Below, in pieces: positions 29,323 through 38,752 of a stretch of 64,000 bases of DNA. The notes beneath the pieces are model-generated. The model saw only the letters and a program-made list of their open reading frames with translations, was not told the DNA's origin and searched no databases. The translations under genes and the position numbers were made by a program. This stretch comes from Pseudomonas aeruginosa PAO1 (lineage in GTDB: Bacteria; Pseudomonadota; Gammaproteobacteria; Pseudomonadales; Pseudomonadaceae), in assembly GCF_000006765.1 (NCBI RefSeq), contig NC_002516.2; one strand, written 5' to 3'. Each line of letters begins with the position of its first letter. Positions within the stretch are counted from its first letter, which is position 1.

Positions 29323-30012
29323 TTAGCCCAGGTGCTTCTTGTCCAGCTCGATCGCCTGGTCGAGGGTTTCCAGCAGTGCCTTGCGCACCTTGAGCTTGGT
29401 ATTGCGGTGCGCGGTCATGTTGAGTTTCTTCAACTGCTGGGCCGCTGCACGCGCGCTTTCCTGCAACTGGTCGGCGCTGACCAGGGTGTCGAGGAAGCCG
29501 GCATCCACCGCAGCGGCCGGACTGAACATCTCGGCATTGATGACCGAGCGGGTGAACGCCGACTTGCGCAGGCGATCGCGGGCCAGCTCGATGCCGACAT
29601 GGTGCATGGTCATGCCGATGGCGACTTCGTTCAGGCCGATCTGGAACGGCCCGTCGACGCCGATCCGGTAGTCGGCCGAGAGCAGCAGGAAGGCGCCCTT
29701 GGCTACCGCGTGCCCGGGGCAGGCGACGATCACCGGGTAGGGATGGGAGAGCAAGCGGCGAGCCAGGGTCGAGCCGGCGGCGACCAGGTTGACGGCATTC
29801 TCCGGGCCGGAGGTCATGACCTTCAGGTCGTAGCCACCGGAGAGGATGCCCGGCTGGCCAGTGACGATGACCACGGCCTTGTCCTGCAAGGCCTGGTCGA
29901 GAGCCTGGTTGAAGGCGTCGATCACCGCCGGGGAGATGGCGTTCACCTTGCCGTTGTTGAGGGTCAGGGTGGCGATGCCGTCTTCGAACTGGTAGCTGAT
30001 CAACTCGCTCAT
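29323..30012 (-). CDS. Enoyl-CoA hydratase / crotonase family protein
   Basis: NNGKVNAIS, SGGYDL, GHAVAKGAF, GLNEVAIG. Confidence 0.9.
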   Translation of the reverse strand: MSELISYQFEDGIATLTLNNGKVNAISPAVIDAFNQALDQALQDKAVVIVTGQPGILSGGYDLKVMTSGPENAVNLVAAGSTLARRLLSHPYPVIVACPGHAVAKGAFLLLSADYRIGVDGPFQIGLNEVAIGMTMHHVGIELARDRLRKSAFTRSVINAEMFSPAAAVDAGFLDTLVSADQLQESARAAAQQLKKLNMTAHRNTKLKVRKALLETLDQAIELDKKHLG

Positions 30013-30396
30013 GGCAGGATTCCTTTTGGTGGAGTGGCGCAGACCTTACTGATGGCCGCCGTCGGCGTAAAGCGCTTTGGCTGACCCGCGGGTCATGCGC
30101 GATTGCGCTTGCGCGGCCTCCCGGCCAGGGCTCCAGCGACGCCTGCGCGTTCCTGCCAGAAGAAACGGTTGAGTCTGACCGGGGAAGACAGCAATATGGG
30201 CCCTATCGTTAGTCCGGCCTTGCATGCGGTGCAGGCCAGCCGTTTCGAGGATGTCCGCCAGGCGCGATCCGCCACCGGGACGAGAACGGACGAAGGTCTC
30301 CGGCGGTCCGCTGGAGGCCGGTACGCGGGGGCGTCCTCGCGAGGAACCTATCAATCAGGCGCGGGTCGGGTTACGAACCCGTTGAGGAGATCCAAA

Positions 30397-30681
30397 GTGA
30401 GCGAGTCCCTGTCCATCCATCATGACGTGGGCGGCCATCAATTCGAGACGACGGTGGATGGCCATCGTGCCTATCTGGCCTATATGGACCTGGGCAAGCA
30501 GACGCTGGATATCTACCGGACCTTCGTACCGGATTCGCTGCGTGGTCGCGGTATCGCCGCTGCGTTGACCGAGCACGCCCTGCAGTACGCCGACCGCATG
30601 GGCTACAGCGTGATCCCGTCCTGCTCCTACGTGGAGCGTTACATCGAGCGTCGTCAGCGTCAGGCCGATCCGGCCGCCTGA
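30397..30681 (+). CDS. Small GNAT acetyltransferase (YjdJ-like), 94 aa
   Basis: SD GAGGAG before GTG 30397; RTFVPDSLRGRGIA, VIPSCSYV. Confidence 0.8.
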   Translation: MSESLSIHHDVGGHQFETTVDGHRAYLAYMDLGKQTLDIYRTFVPDSLRGRGIAAALTEHALQYADRMGYSVIPSCSYVERYIERRQRQADPAA

Positions 30682-30695
30682 GCAGGCGCGCAATG

Positions 30696-30725
30696 AAAAA
30701 CGCCGGGCATCAGCCCGGCGTTTTC
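30696..30725. terminator. Bidirectional terminator AAAAACGCCGGGC-ATCA-GCCCGGCGTTTTC
   Basis: Perfect stem between convergent genes. Confidence 0.85.
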
Positions 30726-30738
30726 GTTTCCGCCTCGC

Positions 30739-31815
30739 TCAGCCGCGCTGGCGTTTCGGCAGCACGTCCTTGAGCTTGGCGTGCATGCTGCGGATGCTCT
30801 TCTCGGTGGTCGCCCAGTCGATGCAGGCGTCGGTGATGGAGACGCCGTACTGAAGTTGGTCGAGATCCTTCGGAATCGGCTGGCTGCCCCAGCCCAGGTG
30901 GCTTTCCACCATCAGGCCGACGATCGAGTTGTTGCCTTCGACGATCTGGTTGCTGACGTTGTCCATCACCAGCGGTTGCAGGGCCGGGTCCTTGTTGGAG
31001 TTGGCGTGGCTGCAGTCGACCATGATGTTCAGCGGGATTTTCGCCTTGTTCAGGTCCTGCTCGCAGAGCGCGACGCTGACCGAATCGTAGTTCGGCTTGC
31101 CGTTGCCGCCGCGCAACACCACGTGACCGTAGCGGTTGCCCTTGGTGGTCACGATGGACACGCCGCCCTGCTGGTTGATGCCGAGGAAGCGATGCGGGCT
31201 GGAGACCGACTGCAGGGCATTGATCGCCACGGTCAGGCTGCCATCGGTGCCGTTCTTGAAGCCGACCGCGGAAGACAGGCCGGAGGCCATCTCGCGGTGA
31301 GTCTGCGATTCGGTGGTACGGGCGCCGATCGCCGACCAACTGATCAGGTCCTGCAGGTACTGCGGGGAAATCGGGTCGAGCGCTTCGGTGGCGGTGGGCA
31401 AGCCTTTCTCGGCAAGGTCGCGGAGCAGTTGGCGGCCGATGTGCAGGCCATCCTGGATCTTGAACGAGTCGTCCAGGTACGGATCGTTGATCAGGCCTTT
31501 CCAGCCCACCGTGGTACGCGGCTTCTCGAAGTACACGCGCATCACCAGGAACAGCGTATCCGCCACTTCGGCCGCGAGCGCCTTGAGGCGGTCGGCGTAT
31601 TCGTGGGCGGCCTTGATGTCGTGGATGGAGCAGGGGCCGATCACCACGAACAGACGGTGGTCCTTGCCATCCAGGATGTCGCGCACCACCTGGCGACCCT
31701 GGGCCACGGTCTGCAGGGCCTTGTCGGTCAGGGGAATTTCACGCTTGAGCTGCTCCGGCGTGATCAGGGTCTCGTTGGAGGCAACGTTAAGGTCGTCGAT
31801 CTGTAAATCAGCCAT
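30739..31815 (-). CDS. aroF: Class I DAHP synthase, 358 aa
   Basis: GPCSIHD, RVYFEKPRTTVGWKGLINDP, GARTTESQTHRE, DCSHANS. Confidence 0.9.
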   Translation of the reverse strand: MADLQIDDLNVASNETLITPEQLKREIPLTDKALQTVAQGRQVVRDILDGKDHRLFVVIGPCSIHDIKAAHEYADRLKALAAEVADTLFLVMRVYFEKPRTTVGWKGLINDPYLDDSFKIQDGLHIGRQLLRDLAEKGLPTATEALDPISPQYLQDLISWSAIGARTTESQTHREMASGLSSAVGFKNGTDGSLTVAINALQSVSSPHRFLGINQQGGVSIVTTKGNRYGHVVLRGGNGKPNYDSVSVALCEQDLNKAKIPLNIMVDCSHANSNKDPALQPLVMDNVSNQIVEGNNSIVGLMVESHLGWGSQPIPKDLDQLQYGVSITDACIDWATTEKSIRSMHAKLKDVLPKRQRG

Positions 31816-32129
31816 CGTGGTACTCAATCAGGTCACGGGCGCCGGCCGCCGGGAGGCCCCCTGCGAAAGGGCGCAGGCATGAAGTTCGCAAACGGGGAGA
31901 CGAACCTTAACGTGTCGGGCCGGGCCTAGACAATGGGCGGGATGCGGTTCGCCGGTGTTTTCCCCGCTCTGCGCACGTTTTCTTCGTTGCTCCGGGCCAA
32001 GGCTGCCAGCGGAGTTGCAGGCGAGGCCGCCGCGGACGATATTGTGCAGGTGCTGCGGAGGGGCGCGCCTTGCGCGTATCCGCTGGCCGAGGAGGGCGCC
32101 AGCGCTATCGCAGGAGCCGAAGCATACGG

Positions 32130-32510
32130 ATGATGGCCGGGATCCATTTCTTCCTTTCTATCGAGGTCAGCAGCGTGCCGTCCCTGGAACTCACCGATCT
32201 GGACGCCGACCGGCAGTTGCTTGCCCTGGAAGGGGTTTCCCTGTTGGTATTCACCAGCGAAGGCTGCGCGTCGTGCCGCTGGGCCCGGCGCCATCTCCCC
32301 GCGATGGAGCTGCCCATCGAGCGCCTGTGCTGGGTGGACGCCGGCCGCAATGGCGGCCTGGTGGAACGCTACGGCGTCTTTCACCTGCCGGCCCTGTTCA
32401 TGGTCCGCGACGGCCGCTTCCATGGCGCACTGAACGTTCCGCTGCACCAGGAAGCCTTGCGGGGTGCGGTGCTGGCGGGGTCGACCGCTTTACCTGAGGA
32501 GTTGCCCTGA
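32130..32510 (+). CDS. Thioredoxin-fold protein (start uncertain)
   Basis: CASC motif and FHLPALF cis-Pro; stop overlaps the next ATG. Confidence 0.7.
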   Translation: MMAGIHFFLSIEVSSVPSLELTDLDADRQLLALEGVSLLVFTSEGCASCRWARRHLPAMELPIERLCWVDAGRNGGLVERYGVFHLPALFMVRDGRFHGALNVPLHQEALRGAVLAGSTALPEELP

Positions 32511-33457
32511 TGGATTCAAAGCAGCAACGGATCGGCGTCATCGGTACGGGAGCCATCGGCGGCTTCTATGGATTGATGCTGGCGCATGCCGGTCACGACG
32601 TGCATTTTCTCCTGCGCAGCGAGTTCGAGGCGGTCAATCGCGCCGGACTCAGCCTGAATAGTGCGGTGCATGGCTTCCGGCGCCTGGCGCCGGTCCAGGC
32701 CTACCATTCGGCGCAGGACATGCCGCCCTGCGACTGGTTGCTGGTGGGCGCCAAGACCACCGGCAATGACGAACTGGCACCCCTGATCCGCGCAGCGGCG
32801 GCGCCGGGAGCCAAGGTTCTGCTGCTGCAGAACGGTCTGGGCGTGGAGGAGCGGCTGCGGCCGCTGCTGCCGGAAAGCCTGCATCTGCTGGGCGGCCTCT
32901 GCTTCATCTGTGTGCATCGCGGCGAACCGGGCGTGATCGAGCACCAGGCCTACGGCGGAGTGAATCTCGGCTATCATTCCGGACCGGCCGACGAGCGACG
33001 CCGGCGCGAGATCGTCGAGGAGGGTGCCGCGCTGTTCCGCGAGTCCGGGCTGGAGTCCACGGCGATGCCCGACCTGGAACAGGCGCGCTGGCAGAAGCTG
33101 GTCTGGAACATCCCCTACAACGGGCTGTCGGTATTGCTGAAGAGCAGCACCGCGCCGCTGATGGCCAACGCGGACAGTCGGTCGCTGATCGAGGCGATCA
33201 TGGAGGAAGTCATCGGTGCTGCCGGCGCCTGCGGCTTCATCCTGCCTGAGGGCTATGCGGACCAACTGCTGGCGGCGACCGAGCGGATGCCCGACTATCG
33301 GCCGAGCATGTACCACGACTTCGCCCATGGGCGGCCACTGGAGCTGGCGGCGATCTATGCCGCGCCCCTGGCCCGCGCTGCTGCTGCGGGCTACCGGATG
33401 CCCAGGGTCGAGGCGCTGCACCAGGCGTTGCGCTTCCTCGAAGCGCAACCGCGCTGA
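32510..33457 (+). CDS. Ketopantoate reductase-like oxidoreductase
   Basis: GTGAIGG, LQNGLG, WQKLVWNIPYN, PSMYHD. Confidence 0.85.
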   Translation: MDSKQQRIGVIGTGAIGGFYGLMLAHAGHDVHFLLRSEFEAVNRAGLSLNSAVHGFRRLAPVQAYHSAQDMPPCDWLLVGAKTTGNDELAPLIRAAAAPGAKVLLLQNGLGVEERLRPLLPESLHLLGGLCFICVHRGEPGVIEHQAYGGVNLGYHSGPADERRRREIVEEGAALFRESGLESTAMPDLEQARWQKLVWNIPYNGLSVLLKSSTAPLMANADSRSLIEAIMEEVIGAAGACGFILPEGYADQLLAATERMPDYRPSMYHDFAHGRPLELAAIYAAPLARAAAAGYRMPRVEALHQALRFLEAQPR

Positions 33458-33619
33458 AGGGCCGAGCGCGGCGACCAGCCGGCGCCGCGCTCGCAGGGAG
33501 AAAAGGGATTTACCCCAACGGGCCGGAAAAAGCCCGAAACAGCAGGGAACGCTAGGAGAATGGATGCTTGCTGCTAATCTGCTAATGAGGCCCGCCGCGC
33601 AGGCTGTCGAGGAGGCCGC

Positions 33620-34117
33620 ATGATTCGTTCGATTCTCTATGCCACCGATCTGGGGCTCTATGCTCCCTATGTCCTGCAACACGCCCTGTCGCTGACCCGC
33701 GCCTACAACGCCGAGCTCTATGTCGTCCATGTGGTGGAGCCCCTCGGGCTGTTCGCCGAGTCGGTCCTGCAGACCTACCTTGACACCGAGCGTCTCCAGG
33801 ACCTGCGGGCGCAAGGGCTGGACAACGTCATGGAAAGCATCGAGAAGCGGGTCCTGGAAGGGTTTCGCGATGAACTCGGCGAGTTGCCCCAGGATGCGGC
33901 GCTGGTCAAGAGCGTGCGGGTGGTGCAGGGCGACCCGCCGCAGATGATCCTCGATGAGGCGGAAAAGCTGGCCGTGGACCTGATCGTCGCCGGCAGCCAT
34001 AGCCACGGCACCCAGCTCGATACGCCGCTGGGCCGGACTGCCGCGCGTCTGGTGCAACTGGCGGAGGTACCGGTGTACCTGGTGCCGATGTTGCAGCACC
34101 GTAGTCGCGACCTGTAG
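33620..34117 (+). CDS. Universal stress protein
   Basis: ILYATD, DLIVAGSH, LGRTAARLVQLAEVPVYLV. Confidence 0.9.
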   Translation: MIRSILYATDLGLYAPYVLQHALSLTRAYNAELYVVHVVEPLGLFAESVLQTYLDTERLQDLRAQGLDNVMESIEKRVLEGFRDELGELPQDAALVKSVRVVQGDPPQMILDEAEKLAVDLIVAGSHSHGTQLDTPLGRTAARLVQLAEVPVYLVPMLQHRSRDL

Positions 34118-34188
34118 GCCAGCGGTCGGCTGGTGAAAAAGCGTGCAAAATCAAAAAAAACGTCTAATTTTATTCCTCAAACCATTAA

Positions 34189-35223
<1,035 letters not shown>

Positions 35224-35232
35224 TCGCCTCGG

Positions 35233-35273
35233 CCCATGAAAAAGCCCGGCCTGGTGCCGGGCTTTTTCATGGC
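35233..35273. terminator. Bidirectional terminator CATGAAAAAGCCCGGC-CTGGT-GCCGGGCTTTTTCATG
   Basis: Long perfect stem between convergent genes. Confidence 0.9.
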
Positions 35274-35279
35274 TGGCCC

Positions 35280-35627
35280 TCAGAGCATGTCGAGATTGTC
35301 GCGTCCGGCCAGCCTGGCCAGCGCTTCGCGATCGGCGTCCGCGGCCTGCTCGGCTCGCGGTTCGAGGACTTCATGGAGGAAGCTCATGAACACGGTGTAG
35401 ACCTGTTCGCGCCCGTCGTCGTGGCGAACCACGAAGAACGGCGCGGTCTCTACGCCATACTGGGCGGCGACCATCCAGCCTGCGCTGTTCGGGTCGCGTT
35501 CGTCGGCCACCAGGGTGCGATGGATGCGCGGCAGGTAGCCGCCTTGTTCCAGGCGTTGCCGGACTTCCTTGCACTTGCGGCAGTCCTCGCCGTTGGCGAG
35601 GACTTTCTTGACCATGGTGATGCGCAT
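35280..35627 (-). CDS. Small CxxC thioredoxin-like protein, 115 aa
   Basis: DCRKC and VETAPFFVV; directly downstream of cysH. Confidence 0.65.
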   Translation of the reverse strand: MRITMVKKVLANGEDCRKCKEVRQRLEQGGYLPRIHRTLVADERDPNSAGWMVAAQYGVETAPFFVVRHDDGREQVYTVFMSFLHEVLEPRAEQAADADREALARLAGRDNLDML

Positions 35628-35691
35628 GCTGGGTCTCCGCTCGGGGTTCGACCCGCACTTTACCCCGATTGCATACGCTCTATCGACGGTT

Positions 35692-36426
35692 TCAGGCCTT
35701 GCTGATCAGGTTGCCGGCGTGCAGCCCGCACTCCTTGTGGGTGGCTTCCTCCCACCACCAGCGGCCCTCGCGCTCGTGCTGGTTGGGCAGCACCGGACGG
35801 GTGCAGGGTTCGCAGCCGATGCTGATATAGCCGCGTTCGTGCAGGCTGTTGTAGGGCAGTTCGAGCATGCGGATATAGCCCCAGACTTCCTCGCTGGTCA
35901 TGGACGACAGCGGGTTGAACTTGTACAGCGGCTTTTCCGGCGTGGAAAAGGCACCGTCGATTTCCAGCACTGCCACCTGGCTGCGCGTGCCGGGGCTCTG
36001 GTCGCGGCGTTGGCCGGTGGCCCAGGCGCGCACACCGGCGAGCTTGCGCTTGAGCGGTTCGATCTTGCGGATGCCGCAGCACTCGCCGTGGCCGTCCCGG
36101 TAGAAGCTGAACAGGCCCTTTTCCTTCACCAGGGGTTCGAGCAGGCGCGGGTCGGGGGAAAGCACGTCGATGGCGATGCCGTAGTGTTCGCGGACCTGGT
36201 CGATGAAACGATAGGTTTCCGGGTGCAGGCGACCGGTGTCGAGGCTGAACACCTTCACGTTGCGGTTGAGCTTCCAGGCCATGTCTACCAGGACGACGTC
36301 CTCGGCGCCGCTGAAGGAGATCCACAGCTCGTCGCCGAAGTGCTCGAAGGCGGCTTTCAGGATGTCCTGGGGGGATTTGTCGGCAAGGCTGGAGGCGAGG
36401 GCGGGAAGGTCGAAAGGCTGGCTCAT
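35692..36426 (-). CDS. cysH: APS reductase CysH ([4Fe-4S] type); alternative start at 36495
   Basis: [23 protein letters not shown]-terminal KECGLH. Confidence 0.95.
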
Positions 36427-36629
36427 CGGGCTGGGGTCCTGGTGCTGGGCGGCGCTGTTGCGCTCTGTGGCGGGAATGGTAGCAAAGGGCAGCATATGGC
36501 CCTAAATAACCATTTACCCCTGTCGACCTTGATTCCAGGAATAAGCCGGCGTTGCCTTGCCCTCGGCGAGGGGCTAGAGTGCCGCGTCCGTCGTCACCCC
36601 ATCGTTCAGAGAATTTCGAGGAGAGTCCT

Positions 36630-37247
36630 GTGGAAATTGCCTGTCTTGACCTGGAAGGCGTGCTGGTTCCGGAAATCTGGATCGCGTTCGCGGAAAAAAC
36701 CGGTATCGACGCCTTGAAGGCGACCACCCGGGACATTCCGGACTACGACGTGCTGATGAAGCAGCGCCTGCGCATCCTCGACGAACATGGCCTGAAGCTG
36801 GGCGACATCCAGGAGGTGATCGCCACCCTGAAGCCGCTGGAGGGGGCGGTGGAATTCGTCGACTGGCTGCGCGAGCGCTTCCAGGTGGTGATTCTCTCCG
36901 ACACCTTCTACGAGTTCTCCCAGCCGCTGATGCGCCAGCTGGGCTTCCCGACCCTGTTGTGCCACAAGCTGGAGATCGACGACAGCGACCGCGTGGTCGG
37001 CTATCAATTGCGCCAGAAGGATCCCAAGCGGCAGTCGGTGATCGCCTTCAAGAGCCTCTACTATCGGGTGATCGCCGCCGGCGATTCCTACAACGACACC
37101 ACCATGCTTTCCGAGGCCCACGCCGGCATCCTGTTCCATGCCCCGGAAAACGTGATCCGCGAGTTTCCCCAGTTCCCCGCGGTGCATACCTACGAAGACC
37201 TCAAGCGCGAGTTCCTCAAGGCTTCCAGCCGTTCGCTGAGCCTGTAG
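36630..37247 (+). CDS. thrH: ThrH phosphoserine phosphatase / homoserine phosphotransferase, 205 aa
   Basis: GTG start, HAD motif CLDLEGVL, GDSYNDTTML. Confidence 0.95.
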   Translation: MEIACLDLEGVLVPEIWIAFAEKTGIDALKATTRDIPDYDVLMKQRLRILDEHGLKLGDIQEVIATLKPLEGAVEFVDWLRERFQVVILSDTFYEFSQPLMRQLGFPTLLCHKLEIDDSDRVVGYQLRQKDPKRQSVIAFKSLYYRVIAAGDSYNDTTMLSEAHAGILFHAPENVIREFPQFPAVHTYEDLKREFLKASSRSLSL

Positions 37248-37261
37248 CCGCGCCGCCGATG

Positions 37262-37290
37262 AAAGAGCCCGCGGAACGCGGGCTCTTTTC
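37262..37290. terminator. Terminator AAAGAGCCCGCG-GAA-CGCGGGCTCTTTT
   Basis: Stem between the convergent thrH and pabB. Confidence 0.8.
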
Positions 37291-38651
37291 TATTCCGGGG
37301 ACGCTGTCCCGGCCATTCCTTCCAGGGTTTCCAGCAGCACCCGGACCTTGTCCAGGGTTTCCTGGTACTCGTCCTCCCAGTGCGAGTCGGCGACGATGCC
37401 GCCGCCGCCCCAGCAACTGACCTGGCCGTCCCTGACCAGCAGGGTGCGGATGGCGATCGAGCTGTCCATCTCGCCGCGCACGTCGAGGTAGAACAGGCTG
37501 CCGCAGTAGATGCCGCGTCGGCTCGGTTCCAGCTCGTCGATGATCTGCATGGCGCGAATCTTCGGCGCGCCGGTGATCGAGCCGCCGGGGAAGCTGCCTT
37601 CCAGCAGGTCGAGGGCGTCCTTGCCCGGCGCCAGTTCGCCGGTGACGCTGCTCACCAGGTGATGCACGTTGGGATAGCTTTCCAGGGCAAACAGCTCCGG
37701 TACCCGTACGCTGCCAGGTTGGCAACTGCGTCCGATGTCGTTGCGCAGCAGGTCGACGATCATCAGGTTTTCCGCGCGGTCCTTGGGGCTGGCCAGCAGC
37801 GACGCCGCCAGCGCCATGTCCTCCTCGGGGGTCTTGCCGCGCGGGCGGGTGCCCTTGATCGGCCGGGTTTCCACCTTGCCCTTGCCGAGCTTGAGGAAGC
37901 GCTCCGGCGACAGGCTGAGGATCGCGCCGTCGGCCAGTCGCAGGTAGCCGGAGAACGGCGTCGGGCAGGCCTCGCGCAGGGCGCGATAGGCCGGCCACGG
38001 CGAGCCGCTGCAAGCGGCCTGGAAGCGCTGGCTATAGTTCACCTGGTAGCAGTCGCCTGCCTGGATGTAGTCCTGGATGCGGCGGATCGCCTGCCGATAG
38101 TCGGATGCGCTGATGCTCCGTCGGAATTTTCCCAGAAGCTTGAAGTTGCCGGCCGTGCCTTGCGCTTCCTCGCTGAACAGGGCGATCAGGCGCTGGCGTT
38201 CGCGCTCGTCCAATCGCGGGTGGAATACCAGTTGGCTGGTGCCGGCCTGGTGGTCGCTGATCAGCGCCCAGGCATACAGGCCGACGGAGGCCAGCGGCAG
38301 GCCCAGGTCATCGCGGGCGTGTTCGCCGATGCGCTCGATGCGCCGACCCAGGTCGTAGGATAAATAGCCCAGCAGACCGCCGGCGAAGGGCAGTTCGTAC
38401 GGCGCTGGCAGCTGCGCGGGGCCCAGGCTTCCGGCCGCTTCGCGTAGGCGGGCGAAGAAGCGGTTGGCCGATTCGTCGGGCAGCGGCGCCAGTTCTGCCA
38501 ATGGCCAGGCGCTCATAAGGTCATAGCGTCCACGGGTAGCGATGGGGCGACCCGAATCGAGCATCACCGCACCGGGCGCCTCATGGATGATGGCAAAGAG
38601 ACAGCTTGGGTCGCTATGGTAGGGCAGGGGGTGAACATGACAACTGGGCAT
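37290..38651 (-). CDS. pabB: Aminodeoxychorismate synthase component I
   Basis: GDCYQVN, SPERF, PIKGT, ENLMIVDLLRND, FPGGSITGAPK. Confidence 0.93.
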   Translation of the reverse strand: MPSCHVHPLPYHSDPSCLFAIIHEAPGAVMLDSGRPIATRGRYDLMSAWPLAELAPLPDESANRFFARLREAAGSLGPAQLPAPYELPFAGGLLGYLSYDLGRRIERIGEHARDDLGLPLASVGLYAWALISDHQAGTSQLVFHPRLDERERQRLIALFSEEAQGTAGNFKLLGKFRRSISASDYRQAIRRIQDYIQAGDCYQVNYSQRFQAACSGSPWPAYRALREACPTPFSGYLRLADGAILSLSPERFLKLGKGKVETRPIKGTRPRGKTPEEDMALAASLLASPKDRAENLMIVDLLRNDIGRSCQPGSVRVPELFALESYPNVHHLVSSVTGELAPGKDALDLLEGSFPGGSITGAPKIRAMQIIDELEPSRRGIYCGSLFYLDVRGEMDSSIAIRTLLVRDGQVSCWGGGGIVADSHWEDEYQETLDKVRVLLETLEGMAGTASPE

Positions 38652-38752
38652 GGAAAGTGGGGGTAGTGGGACAGTCAGGAATTCTAGTTCGCCGGAATCG
38701 TCGATCCTAGAGCCATTTCTTCAGTTTACGTAAGAAGGGTGATCTGCTAATT

